Positions 23,907 through 33,568 of a stretch of 64,000 bases of DNA are shown piece after piece. Numbering within the stretch: the stretch's first letter is position 1; every line of letters starts with the position of its first letter. The stretch lies in IMG/VR virus record IMGVR_UViG_3300028275_000006, positions 124,001-188,000 of that record; one strand, given 5' to 3'. Under the pieces are notes generated by a model. That model saw only the letters and a list, made by a program, of their open reading frames with translations, did not search any database and was not told the origin of the DNA. The translations under genes were made by a program, and so were the position numbers.

Positions 23907-24733
23907 AATCCGTGCCTCACTTTGATTAGGCGAATCATCATAGCCTCATCTTCTTTTTCATAGTCTGCTTCGATTTTACGAAGTAACTTGTGTGCTTTAT
24001 CGCTCATCTTTCTAAGTTCAGGAGTCTTGTCATTACTGAAACTTAATTTGCCACCGTTGGCTAAACGTGCGGCTTCACAGTAAGCAGTCCAGCCACTTGC
24101 TTCCATCGGCTCTGGACGATTACGATATACCTGTGTCCACCATGTGTACAAGTCTAAGATTTCCTGCGCTTTGACTGCCTGCGGAGTAAGTTCGCCAAGG
24201 TTCTTACTGTCTGGTCCAACTTCGTCTTCTTTCCAACGTAGATTACGTTGCCATTCAAGGTTGTCAAGTCCGGCTTGAGGACAACGCCAAGTGCGCCATC
24301 TGAACCAACCAGTAGCCCAAAACGGTGCTTTGTATTTTTCTCTTTCACTCTTGTCACTCCATGCTATGTGCCACCAGGCTAGTTCAACCTCGACAAAATC
24401 TTGAAGTTCATTAAAGAGACAAGGTAAAAAACGATTACCAACATCGTGCCAATCACCGGGCTTGATATCACGAGGATGAGCGGTAAGGGCATGAGTTTTA
24501 GTAACCCAACGGTTGTTAATGTAATATTTGAGAGCATGTAGTTTATCCGGAATAAAAAATACAACTGTTTGTAAATGATCCAATCCTTCTTCTGCTAACC
24601 ACCAACGGATAGGATACGCGGCTTTAGCACGAGATTCCCACTCGTCCCACTCTTCGCTAGTCCCACACTTTAGTTTAGTAGTACCACGAAGCCAATCTGC
24701 AAATTTTGAACAAGTCCAATAATGATTACGCAT
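23897..24733 (-). CDS. Trp-rich hypothetical phage protein
   Basis: 278 aa ORF. Confidence 0.75.
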   Translation of the reverse strand: MRNHYWTCSKFADWLRGTTKLKCGTSEEWDEWESRAKAAYPIRWWLAEEGLDHLQTVVFFIPDKLHALKYYINNRWVTKTHALTAHPRDIKPGDWHDVGNRFLPCLFNELQDFVEVELAWWHIAWSDKSEREKYKAPFWATGWFRWRTWRCPQAGLDNLEWQRNLRWKEDEVGPDSKNLGELTPQAVKAQEILDLYTWWTQVYRNRPEPMEASGWTAYCEAARLANGGKLSFSNDKTPELRKMSDKAHKLLRKIEADYEKEDEAMMIRLIKVRHGLWT

Positions 24734-24734
24734 T

Positions 24735-24869
24735 TTAATCTATCTTATCTATTCCGTAGAGTTGCATGAAGCCGACCTTGTACACCGAAAACTCTATTGC
24801 CTCACTTAGTGTAGCAAACGTTCTCGATGAAAGTGTTCCAGCAGTCATGTAGTATCTTACCTTATACAT
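24735..24869 (-). CDS. 44-aa hypothetical protein
   Basis: MYKVRYYMTAG... fills gap between neighbours. Confidence 0.5.
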   Translation of the reverse strand: MYKVRYYMTAGTLSSRTFATLSEAIEFSVYKVGFMQLYGIDKID

Positions 24870-24871
24870 CA

Positions 24872-25435
24872 CTATACTATATGATCCGCTACCCCAAAGT
24901 CAACCACTTCTTGTGCAGTTAGGTAAACATCGCTGGCTGGTAGTAGTTTTGCTTTAACTCTACTTTTAACCAAGCCTGTTGTTTCGGTTAGAATTGTTAT
25001 CATCTTTTCATTTAACAATTCGGTTTCTTTCATTTCTGCTTTTAGGTCGTGATACTTAGCATCCATTCCGGATGTAAATTGGTGACACATAAAACTAGTA
25101 TTACTAGCCGCATAACGATGCTTTTTATCACCGCAGGCAAAAATTAAAAATGCCGCACTCATGACAGCACCAATTCCAATAGTTCTTACAATATGTGGAC
25201 TGCTACGCATTACATCAATTAACGCTAGAGCCTGATACAAATCTCCGCCCGTGCTGTTAATATACAAGGTCAAAGTTCTACCTTCGCCTTGTAAATTTTC
25301 ATAGAGAATCCATTTGATGGCTTCGCCTACTGTATCTTCATCTATCTCTCCATTCAAATAAAAAGTAGAATTTTCCAGTAATCTAAGATCAATTCTATCT
25401 TCCGCATTGAACTCATCAATTTTTTTCATTTTCAC
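24872..25435 (-). CDS. clpP: ClpP-family protease subunit
   Basis: LYINSTGG, GAVMSAA (catalytic Ser), MCHQ (His), YLTAQE..DFG..D. Confidence 0.88.
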   Translation of the reverse strand: MKMKKIDEFNAEDRIDLRLLENSTFYLNGEIDEDTVGEAIKWILYENLQGEGRTLTLYINSTGGDLYQALALIDVMRSSPHIVRTIGIGAVMSAAFLIFACGDKKHRYAASNTSFMCHQFTSGMDAKYHDLKAEMKETELLNEKMITILTETTGLVKSRVKAKLLPASDVYLTAQEVVDFGVADHIV

Positions 25436-25719
25436 TCCGGTATATATTGTCCAAAGCCGTTCTCTTGGAAGTGTGTGTATACGGCATCTTTATCTATTTC
25501 ATCTAATGCTTTTACTTCTTGTGCAAATGTATTAATGTTAATAGTTCCGTTTGAACTTTTAGAACTTTTTAACATTTGGAGTATATCTGCTAAATGGCCT
25601 AATCTTTCCAATCCAACATCTACTTCTCCATCTTCAAATAACTTGTATGCCCTTTCGGCATGGTCCGAGCAATACTCAAACATAGATGCTTCGAACTTCT
25701 GAACGTGTGCTTGTGACAT
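25432..25719 (-). CDS. hypothetical protein
   Basis: ORF downstream of promoter near 25748-25775. Confidence 0.6.
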   Translation of the reverse strand: MSQAHVQKFEASMFEYCSDHAERAYKLFEDGEVDVGLERLGHLADILQMLKSSKSSNGTININTFAQEVKALDEIDKDAVYTHFQENGFGQYIPE

Positions 25720-25825
25720 GATTCCTTACTTTATTAAGTGCTACTATTATAACACATTTATTTAACCTGTCAAATACTTATCTACTCAGTTAACATAAAT
25801 ACACGTATAAAGAGCGGAGCGTAAA

Positions 25826-26107
25826 ATGGGTGATATATTCAAAATAATTGGTGATTTGGGTATGCCGGTAGCGGCGGCATTGGCAGGTGGATACTTTGTT
25901 TACCTAACAATCAAATTACTACTACAAGGTGTTTTGGGAAGTATCAAAGGTATGGCCGGTATTATTACTGCGTTAGACAATCGTGTAAAAACAATGAACC
26001 ACGATGTTGTACGTATTGATACTATTGTGTCCAACGCATTAGGTTTACGCCCTGACGTAGATCGTATTGCTAGAGCAGATGGTAAGAACGATGCTAGACG
26101 AGACTAA
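25826..26107 (+). CDS. single-TM protein, holin-like candidate
   Basis: N-terminal TM (GMPVAAALAGGYFVY) plus coiled coil; TAAATA upstream. Confidence 0.6.
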   Translation: MGDIFKIIGDLGMPVAAALAGGYFVYLTIKLLLQGVLGSIKGMAGIITALDNRVKTMNHDVVRIDTIVSNALGLRPDVDRIARADGKNDARRD

Positions 26108-26261
26108 TACAAAATTACAAGATGCAATTATAACGTTGCATGACATAGCCAGACTAATTGAACAAGAAGTTGGCCGAGGTAACCTTAGTGACGATATTAG
26201 AAACTGTGCTAATAGAGTCAATGTATTGATTAAGGAAAGAGTCGAAAATGCTGTATGTTGA
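26091..26261 (+). CDS. hypothetical protein
   Basis: MLDETNTKLQ... coupled ORF. Confidence 0.5.
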   Translation: MLDETNTKLQDAIITLHDIARLIEQEVGRGNLSDDIRNCANRVNVLIKERVENAVC

Positions 26262-26445
26262 TTACAGTTGGGATTTAAATCCTAGCGGTATCATATTCGA
26301 TGAAGAACTTGATATTGATAAGTTAGGTTGGAAGCACGGCGATTGCTTTAGAATTACCAACGTTAATGGTAAGGCAATGCTGGTTAAAATGCACCCAGTA
26401 GAGCAATTTGTAAAAGGATACCCAGTAAATGTTCAAGAAGAATAA
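26248..26445 (+). CDS. hypothetical protein
   Basis: 65 aa ORF, RBS. Confidence 0.65.
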   Translation: MLYVDYSWDLNPSGIIFDEELDIDKLGWKHGDCFRITNVNGKAMLVKMHPVEQFVKGYPVNVQEE

Positions 26446-26587
26446 ATGGCAGTTGTGGTATGATGCACAACCCCAACACATCAAAGATTGGATGGATCAG
26501 CCAAGAGCAATTTGGTATGACAGCGATATGTGGAAGGCTGGCATTACTGGATTAGTTGTTGGTTTAATAATAGGGATGATTATATAA
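26429..26587 (+). CDS. 52-aa protein with C-terminal TM (not in ORF track)
   Basis: MFKKNKWQLWYDAQPQHIKDWMDQPRAIWYDSDMWKAGITGLVVGLIIGMII. Confidence 0.6.
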   Translation: MFKKNKWQLWYDAQPQHIKDWMDQPRAIWYDSDMWKAGITGLVVGLIIGMII

Positions 26588-26964
26588 TGGATGTCGTAGA
26601 GTTAGTCAATAAGTATGGGTTTCCAATCGTTATGGCGGTTGGTATGGGTTTCATTATCAAATACGTTTGGGAATGGGCCACAAAAGAAGTTAAGCCAGTT
26701 ATCAGCGATGCTAATACTGTGTTGATTGCTCTTATCGACCGTATCCGTATGCTAGACAATGACTTGATTCGTCTTAACCAAAAAGTTAATACAGTCTTAC
26801 ACCTACGTGGTAAGATGATTGAATCGGATCGTGTTATGGAAACTGCACTTGTAGAAGCACAGGCTAACAAGAAGTTCCACGAAGCAATGGAAGAAGCAGA
26901 CAAGATTGGCGCAAAGAAAGTTGACCCGGACGATAAAAAGACTGCGGCCGCTGGCGAGAGTTAA
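26587..26964 (+). CDS. single-TM protein, paralogue of 25826-26107
   Basis: MDVVELVNKYGFPIVMAVGMGF; ALIDRIRMLDNDLIR parallels ALDNRVKTMNHDVVR. Confidence 0.65.
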   Translation: MDVVELVNKYGFPIVMAVGMGFIIKYVWEWATKEVKPVISDANTVLIALIDRIRMLDNDLIRLNQKVNTVLHLRGKMIESDRVMETALVEAQANKKFHEAMEEADKIGAKKVDPDDKKTAAAGES

Positions 26965-26966
26965 TA

Positions 26967-27671
26967 ATGTCAACAATTATAGCCACCTTGGTGATGGTTC
27001 AAATCACCATAGCCTGTGTTACCCTTTATCTTCATAGAGGACAAACACACAGAGCAGTAACATTCCATCCAGCAGTAAATCACTTCATGCGTTTTTGGCT
27101 TTGGCTTACAACAGGTATGGTTACCAAGCAATGGGTAGCAATACATCGCAAACATCATCAAGCCAGCGATACAGATTTAGATCCGCACAGTCCACAAGTT
27201 TACGGTATTAAAACTGTGCTATTCAAAGGCTGGAGTTTATATCACTCTGCCAGTAAAGATACCGCAATGGTTGAAAAGTTAGGAGTAGGTACTCCTGATG
27301 ATTGGCTAGAGCGTAATGTTTACACCCTACACAGCCGCCTTGGAATTCTCTTAATGTTAGTCATAGACTTATTGTTCTTTGGTCCTTGGGGTATTCTTGT
27401 GTGGGGCATTCAAATGATATGGATTCCATTCTGGGCCGCTGGTGTTATTAATGGACTGGCACATTGGTGGGGATATCGTAATACTGACACCAAAGACACT
27501 AGCCGTAACTTATGGCCTTGGGCTATTTGGATCGGTGGTGAGGAACTACATAACAATCATCATGCCGATGGGGCCAATGCTAGTTTCCGTCAACGTTGGT
27601 TTGAATTAGATATCGGTTGGATCTATATTAAGGTACTACGCTTCTTTAACCTTGCACAGGTTAGGAATTAA
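26967..27671 (+). CDS. membrane fatty acid (delta-9-type) desaturase
   Basis: His boxes HRGQTH, HRKHH, HNNHH; several TM segments. Confidence 0.92.
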   Translation: MSTIIATLVMVQITIACVTLYLHRGQTHRAVTFHPAVNHFMRFWLWLTTGMVTKQWVAIHRKHHQASDTDLDPHSPQVYGIKTVLFKGWSLYHSASKDTAMVEKLGVGTPDDWLERNVYTLHSRLGILLMLVIDLLFFGPWGILVWGIQMIWIPFWAAGVINGLAHWWGYRNTDTKDTSRNLWPWAIWIGGEELHNNHHADGANASFRQRWFELDIGWIYIKVLRFFNLAQVRN

Positions 27672-28410
27672 CAGCAATAAACTCTGCTTCAGGAATACGT
27701 GTCTTAGTATTCTTACTTCCTAGTACTACTACAATTCTGCGTCCTATTTCTGTATCCAACATCATTACTATGCAACCTCCACTGGCTCTTATGTAGCCAG
27801 TTTTGCTGACAATAAATTCATGACGCTTGCCAATAATTGGATTAGTATTATTAAAGATAAACCACTTTTTCTTTATCTTAATTTTAACCTGCGGTGTGCG
27901 TGATGCTTCAATAATCTCTGCGTAGTTCTTTGCCGCTAGAACTAGTTTAATTAAATCAGTGGCTGTGCTTACATTAAACACACTAAGCCCTGTAGGTTCG
28001 ACATACTTTGTGTCGTGCATACCTAACAGATGTGCTTTAGTATTCATTGCTCTAACACAGGCATCCTTACCATTAGGATAGTATTGACACAGTAGATCAG
28101 CCGCTTTGTTGTCGCTGTGTACTAATGCTAGTTGTATTGTTTCGGCTCGGGTATACTTACCGATTTGTTCATCTAAGTTTTGATTAGCATCTAACACAAC
28201 CATTGCCGTCATTAGTTTAGTAATGCTGGCAATACTACGCTGTTGATCTATGTTTTCGCTTTGAATAATTCTGCCGGATTCATCGGCCACGAGCCAGCTC
28301 TGAGCGGTGATAGACAGAGGTTTGGCAGTGGCGGCGCTTGTTTGCCCATGATGTAAAAAGGCAAAAAATACCAATATAGATATAACTCTACACATCTGTC
28401 TATTGTACAC
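27661..28410 (-). CDS. peptidase S11 D-Ala-D-Ala carboxy/endopeptidase (PbpG-like)
   Basis: SITK (SxxK), SDN (SxN), KTG; signal peptide. Confidence 0.9.
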   Translation of the reverse strand: MYNRQMCRVISILVFFAFLHHGQTSAATAKPLSITAQSWLVADESGRIIQSENIDQQRSIASITKLMTAMVVLDANQNLDEQIGKYTRAETIQLALVHSDNKAADLLCQYYPNGKDACVRAMNTKAHLLGMHDTKYVEPTGLSVFNVSTATDLIKLVLAAKNYAEIIEASRTPQVKIKIKKKWFIFNNTNPIIGKRHEFIVSKTGYIRASGGCIVMMLDTEIGRRIVVVLGSKNTKTRIPEAEFIAVNS

Positions 28411-28431
28411 TCTGCTATAATCTCTGTCAAA

Positions 28432-30483
28432 TTATTTTTCATGTGCTATGAATTCACCATTCCAATTATCTGGAAGGTTCTGTTCTTTCATAAACTCGCA
28501 ACGTTCAATCCAGATTTTGTAGTACTTGTCCATTTGTCCACCAAAGTTGCCTTTTAGTTTTTTACACATAGCGGCTGCTTCGTCGAACTTCTTTTGTTTA
28601 TACAAGGCATGCATCAACTCGTGCTGTACTTTATCTTTACTGTAATCTTCACCTTTGGTTCTTAATGCTGTATAGATTAAGTCTGCTACAGTTTTGCCTT
28701 TAGGTTGTAAGTTATCTAGCATTAGATAGAAGAAGTCATCTTTAGTACGGTTGTAAGTTTCAGCACCGATGATACATAACACGCCATAGGCCTTACAACG
28801 TGCTTCTAAACGAGCGGCGGTTGAAACCATGTCACCTAAGATGTCGTAACTATGTCTGTCAGTTGATCCCATCTCACCAATAAAGCCAATACCTGAGTTA
28901 CAACCCCAACCCATTGCGGCTGGTGGTAAGCCTTGTGCTTCCATTAGTTTAGTATACTCATCAACAGCATCTAACATCTGTAAACCAACAGCAACAATAG
29001 TACGGGCATGATTAGGATCTTCAATCGGAGCACCGTGTATGTGCATACTTGCGTCACCTACATACTTTATGACCATACCCTTGTTGTCCATGATAGGCTG
29101 ACTAATAGCATCCATGTAACCGTTCATATACTTGCCTAATCCAGCAACATCATCACCGTAGTGTTCTCCAATGGGTGTAAAGCCACGCAAGTCACTGAAC
29201 ATAACGGATACGTCTTTACGCACACCACGCTTGATTAGGTCTGGATCTTTTTGTAGCATTTCTACTACTTCCTTACTACAGTATCCAGCGAACTGTTTCT
29301 TAATTGCCTGTTTCTGTAAAAACTCGCTTATAAACTTAACGCCATAACAATGAAGAGCAACGATAATAAGGCCAAACGCGATCGCAGTCGCGTCTCCCAA
29401 GACGAGCCAATTATTGAAAGCGTAGATAGTACCAGGAACGATGGCACCAACAATAACCACAGTAGCACCAATGCCAACATAAGTCCACCTCGATAAGAAA
29501 ATTAATAATATGCCAAGTGATACTAATGCTAAAATTTCAACCCCGTCGGCATAGTCGGGACGTTGAATAACAATGCCGTTAACCATTGTACCAATTACTG
29601 CGGCCTGCACTTCGTGAGGAAATACAGCACCTTTGCTTGTCGGTAACGGATTACTAATACCAGCGGCAGTAGGACCTACAATAACGACGGCGCCACCTAA
29701 ATCTTTTGGAAGTTTAACAGCACTAACGCTATGAGCTTCTTGGCTCCAATCGATCCAAATTCTTCCTAAACTATCTGTAGCAATAGGACCAAACTTTGGA
29801 ATACGCATTTTCTCAACGCCGCCTTCAAAAAGTTTTACTTGGAAGGTAGAGTCTCCTGCGGCGACTCTAAGTGTCTCTAAACTCAATGCTGGATATAATT
29901 TGCCGTCTACAGTAACAATTAACGGCATGCGGCGATTAACACCATCTACTTCTGGAAGTGTTCCTGTAATGCCAACACCTGCGGCATTTTGTTCTAGTTG
30001 AGGAACGTTGGCGATTAGTCCCGGGTATTGAATAATTTGATCTAGATGTTCTGGACCTAGTACAGCCGATCCTGGAACACGTGGTGTATTCTTTGTTTTC
30101 TGTGCTGGCGCACTTCCTAGTACTACAGGGAACTCTTTTAGAGTTTGTCCTAGCGCACCATCTCCACCAGTACGATCTGTCTCTGGCATAAGAACATTAA
30201 GTACAACAAGTCCTGCATTTCTTTGGTATAGTTCCTTCACAAGTTTAGCATATTCTGCTCTTGGTAAGGGCCACTGACCATATTTGTCTAACGTGGCTTC
30301 GTCGATATTTACAGTAACTATGTTGTTAACTGTAACTTCTTTACTTGTAATTAATGTGTCAAAATAACGTAGTCTTACGCTTTCAACAAATGTAGGATCT
30401 GCAACTCTGACACCAACAACTAGTGCTAGAGTTAGTAAAGCAGTCCATGGACTTACTAGTATTTTTTTGAATTGTATTTTCAT
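28432..30483 (-). CDS. CHASE2-domain class III adenylate cyclase
   Basis: N-TM, CHASE2 (VNIDEATLDKYGQWP), 3 TM, FSDLRGFT / KYVGD / GDMVSTAARLE. Confidence 0.9.
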   Translation of the reverse strand: MKIQFKKILVSPWTALLTLALVVGVRVADPTFVESVRLRYFDTLITSKEVTVNNIVTVNIDEATLDKYGQWPLPRAEYAKLVKELYQRNAGLVVLNVLMPETDRTGGDGALGQTLKEFPVVLGSAPAQKTKNTPRVPGSAVLGPEHLDQIIQYPGLIANVPQLEQNAAGVGITGTLPEVDGVNRRMPLIVTVDGKLYPALSLETLRVAAGDSTFQVKLFEGGVEKMRIPKFGPIATDSLGRIWIDWSQEAHSVSAVKLPKDLGGAVVIVGPTAAGISNPLPTSKGAVFPHEVQAAVIGTMVNGIVIQRPDYADGVEILALVSLGILLIFLSRWTYVGIGATVVIVGAIVPGTIYAFNNWLVLGDATAIAFGLIIVALHCYGVKFISEFLQKQAIKKQFAGYCSKEVVEMLQKDPDLIKRGVRKDVSVMFSDLRGFTPIGEHYGDDVAGLGKYMNGYMDAISQPIMDNKGMVIKYVGDASMHIHGAPIEDPNHARTIVAVGLQMLDAVDEYTKLMEAQGLPPAAMGWGCNSGIGFIGEMGSTDRHSYDILGDMVSTAARLEARCKAYGVLCIIGAETYNRTKDDFFYLMLDNLQPKGKTVADLIYTALRTKGEDYSKDKVQHELMHALYKQKKFDEAAAMCKKLKGNFGGQMDKYYKIWIERCEFMKEQNLPDNWNGEFIAHEK

Positions 30484-31016
30484 TTTTTAAATCCTGGCTT
30501 TGGTAAGTGGTTGCGGCCGTAACTAATTCTACTGCCTATAATTTGTTCTAATGCTGTATGTAAGGCTTGTCCTGATAAATGTTTACGCAACCATTTTTCT
30601 GCTAAGTTGTTAATAATCTTTTCATTAGCGTGTGCAAAGCCGCCTTTACTTTTAGCGTGTACATAAGCGTGATATGCTTCGTGGGCCGCAACAGCAACGT
30701 CTCGTGCCGCGGTGCTGTCTAGATTTGGTAAGTTGATACTGCCAACGCCGTCGCCTGTATCCCTAAACATTGGATCTCCGCTACTCTGGTAGACATAATA
30801 CATTCCAGGACCTAATTCGTCATCATCGTCAGTTACTCTATCTCTACCTAGAATATTTCTAACTACATCATATGCTGTCCAAAGCGTGGCTGCAGGTTCT
30901 CTGCTTAATTTTGTAGTTGGAAGCATTATTTTATCTTCAGGATCGAAGTCACCATATCTTGCTTTTAAATCGGCGTCACTTGCTTCTGCTTCTTTTATAA
31001 ATTCTTTTGCTCTCAT
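30480..31016 (-). CDS. putative virion-packaged protein with HExxH motif
   Basis: Start MRAKEFIKEA; AHEAYH. Confidence 0.65.
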   Translation of the reverse strand: MRAKEFIKEAEASDADLKARYGDFDPEDKIMLPTTKLSREPAATLWTAYDVVRNILGRDRVTDDDDELGPGMYYVYQSSGDPMFRDTGDGVGSINLPNLDSTAARDVAVAAHEAYHAYVHAKSKGGFAHANEKIINNLAEKWLRKHLSGQALHTALEQIIGSRISYGRNHLPKPGFKK

Positions 31017-31021
31017 GATCT

Positions 31022-31110
31022 TGGTGCCGCGCCGTTTCGAGTAGCAGGATCCCATGAGTGGCAACCCTTGGGTCGTCCGTCTTTGTCGCAAAATGCTATT
31101 CCGGCGCAGC
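31022..31110 (-). ncRNA. 89-nt GC-rich RNA with 9-bp acceptor-like stem and ACCA end
   Basis: GCTGCGCCG/CGGCGCGGC-A-CCA; internal TAGCA/TGCTA junction with two hairpins. Confidence 0.55.
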
Positions 31111-31174
31111 CTGCTAAGGTTGTAATAATTGCTAATATTAAGATGTTTTTCAGCATCCAATATTTAGTTAGATT

Positions 31175-33568
31175 TTATTGGCGAACAACTGTGCTACAAC
31201 CCGCTGGATTTGTACAACTTTGAATGATGCTAAATGATTTGCCGCCTGTTTGTTGCAGGTCAACACTGGCTGGGCCACCTGCGTTAGTTACATCAATAAC
31301 TGCTCTGTTAGCAGTATTTCCTGTTTGTGTCACTAGTGCTGAGTTGTTATTTCCTGTTAGTGTAATATCAGCGAAATGGCCAGCACCGCCAGACTGTGTA
31401 GTGTTTACAGTATTAATATCGCCTGTAACTTTACTGAACAATATGTGATTACCGGTTTGTGTATGATTTACAGTATTACCATTTCCTTGTATTTTAGTTT
31501 CAGCATAATTTGAACCACTAGCATTTGACTGATTAGTAGTTATGTTATTGCCCCACCCAGGCACTTCTTGCTTTAAGTAGTTACTGCCAGTTTGAGTATT
31601 ATTAACAATATTGTTGTTTCCTTCTAAGGTAAATTCGATTTTGTTCTTAGTACCACTTTGTGTAATAGTTACATTATTGTTAGTACCGTATGTTTGTGTG
31701 ATGTACAATTCGTTATTGTAGTTTTGTGTACCGTTGTTCCAAGTATTAATTCTAGTTTGTTTAACATCTATATCTGCTGGAGGAACGTATGAGCCACCGC
31801 TACCTATAACTTGATCACCAGGCGCATTTGTTTGTGTAATTGTTCCACCTTCAACTACTGGTCCTAATAAAACTGTTGTACCCGACACGTCAACTACTGC
31901 GCTGTTAGAATAAACAAATCCACTAGTGTCAATTGTATTTGTTTCAGTAATCCACCCTGTAGTAAATGCAGAGTTAGGTACGTTCATACGGCCTGCACCG
32001 TAGTCCCATTGAAAACGTAGTCCATAGCCGCCGGTGTCGTTCCAGTACCATGCTTCAAAATTATAAGTCTGTCCTGCTACTATGTCTATCCAGCCAGACG
32101 CTGTATAGCCACCTATACTCTGAAGTTGGAATGTAGATCTATCGTTGATAACTGTTTGTCCGTTTACACTCATAACAAATCCGTCATCGCTGTTGCTATA
32201 GAAGTATAATCTATATACAGTACCTGCAGGATAATTTTGTGTCGTCGGAGCAGTAATCGTTCCGTTGAATCTAACTAAGGTACCAGTGTCCATATTTGGA
32301 AAACTGCCGTTAGTCGGAACATAAACTCCGTTACTAGTTGTACCAATACTAACAGGCTGTCCACCAGGTGGCATATCAGGTACACGATATGGCCCTAACC
32401 AGTTTTTAATACAACCTAACCAACCGCAGTTATAAGTGTAAGGATCGAATTTGTAGACTTTATAGTTTAATCCCTGCTGTATGTTTTGTGTTGTAGTTGT
32501 TGCTGTGCCGTTTGCTTCTATGGTGCTGCCATTAACGCCGGTTGTAGTAACTGTATTAATTGGTGTTGTAGTTGTTGTCAGAACACCGTTTACAATTTTT
32601 GTAGTTACTACGTTAGACGCAACCTTAGTTTGATATACTGCTTCAGTACCATTTGTACTTGTGCTAGTTCCGTCGCTGTAAGTTGTTGTAGTTACAGGTG
32701 TGCGATAAACAGTAGTTGTATTACCATTAACCACAGTTCTAGTTGTATAAGTTACACTAGTTCCTGTTACTGTAGGAGTCGGAGCAGGAGCCGCACCGGC
32801 AGTTGCGCCCGTGCCAGCATTGGTCACTGACATTGTGTTATTATATCCACCAGCAGTACCACTAGTAGTACCACCAGTAGCACTAGGGCCGCCACCGTTA
32901 GCGTTAGCAACTAAGCCAACTGTACTCGAACCAGGCACTCCATCGCTGTTAACGATACAGGCATTTGATCCGCCCCATGCACCTTGACAAGCACCGAACC
33001 CTGGATTTGATACCCAACCTTGTGCTGTTATATTATTATAAGGCCCAAACTCCGGGTTATACAATAAGTTGCCGCCGCCATTAAGTTGGAATGTAGGAGC
33101 ACGATACCAAGGACCATAATCACCTGCCCAGTAACTTCCATCAATACCGTACATACTGACTGTGGCATAGGCTACTTGGCTTGCTTGTGCCGCAGTAAGC
33201 GTTGCACTGATAGTTACTGTAGTCCAAGGTACCGCAGTATCAATACAAGGATTACCACACACAGCATTTGGGTTTGGTAAGTTAGCAGAGTTAGTTGAGT
33301 TTACGCTAGTGATTAATCCACCACTGCTGTTATAGAACTGTATCTTTACGTTAGCCGTATCACTTTGTCCTGCACGGCCGCCGCCGTTGTGTGCTAGTAC
33401 ACTCATTGTAAATGTACCGCCTTGTTGCATATTACTATCAAACACTACTTGTTGACTAATTGTAGTAGTAACATAAGCAGTAGCAATAGCATTATAAGTC
33501 ACAGCCTGACTATGTGCGCTAATGCACACAGTTAAAAACACAAGGAACTGTAATAAACGTTTTATCAT
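31175..33568 (-). CDS. large secreted protein: PA14-like domain plus C-terminal curlin-like repeats
   Basis: Signal peptide; YSNSDDGF PA14 motif; QxGxxN repeats at C-terminus. Confidence 0.75.
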   Translation of the reverse strand: MIKRLLQFLVFLTVCISAHSQAVTYNAIATAYVTTTISQQVVFDSNMQQGGTFTMSVLAHNGGGRAGQSDTANVKIQFYNSSGGLITSVNSTNSANLPNPNAVCGNPCIDTAVPWTTVTISATLTAAQASQVAYATVSMYGIDGSYWAGDYGPWYRAPTFQLNGGGNLLYNPEFGPYNNITAQGWVSNPGFGACQGAWGGSNACIVNSDGVPGSSTVGLVANANGGGPSATGGTTSGTAGGYNNTMSVTNAGTGATAGAAPAPTPTVTGTSVTYTTRTVVNGNTTTVYRTPVTTTTYSDGTSTSTNGTEAVYQTKVASNVVTTKIVNGVLTTTTTPINTVTTTGVNGSTIEANGTATTTTQNIQQGLNYKVYKFDPYTYNCGWLGCIKNWLGPYRVPDMPPGGQPVSIGTTSNGVYVPTNGSFPNMDTGTLVRFNGTITAPTTQNYPAGTVYRLYFYSNSDDGFVMSVNGQTVINDRSTFQLQSIGGYTASGWIDIVAGQTYNFEAWYWNDTGGYGLRFQWDYGAGRMNVPNSAFTTGWITETNTIDTSGFVYSNSAVVDVSGTTVLLGPVVEGGTITQTNAPGDQVIGSGGSYVPPADIDVKQTRINTWNNGTQNYNNELYITQTYGTNNNVTITQSGTKNKIEFTLEGNNNIVNNTQTGSNYLKQEVPGWGNNITTNQSNASGSNYAETKIQGNGNTVNHTQTGNHILFSKVTGDINTVNTTQSGGAGHFADITLTGNNNSALVTQTGNTANRAVIDVTNAGGPASVDLQQTGGKSFSIIQSCTNPAGCSTVVRQ

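Noticed and set aside
28248-28442. 64-aa ORF overlapping the peptidase 5' end
   Set aside because: Alternative frame over the S11 signal-peptide region, with no independent support.
31017-31160. 48-aa N-terminal extension of the 30480 ORF
   Set aside because: Overlaps a GC-rich structured RNA, and the internal MRAKEF start matches two paralogous starts.
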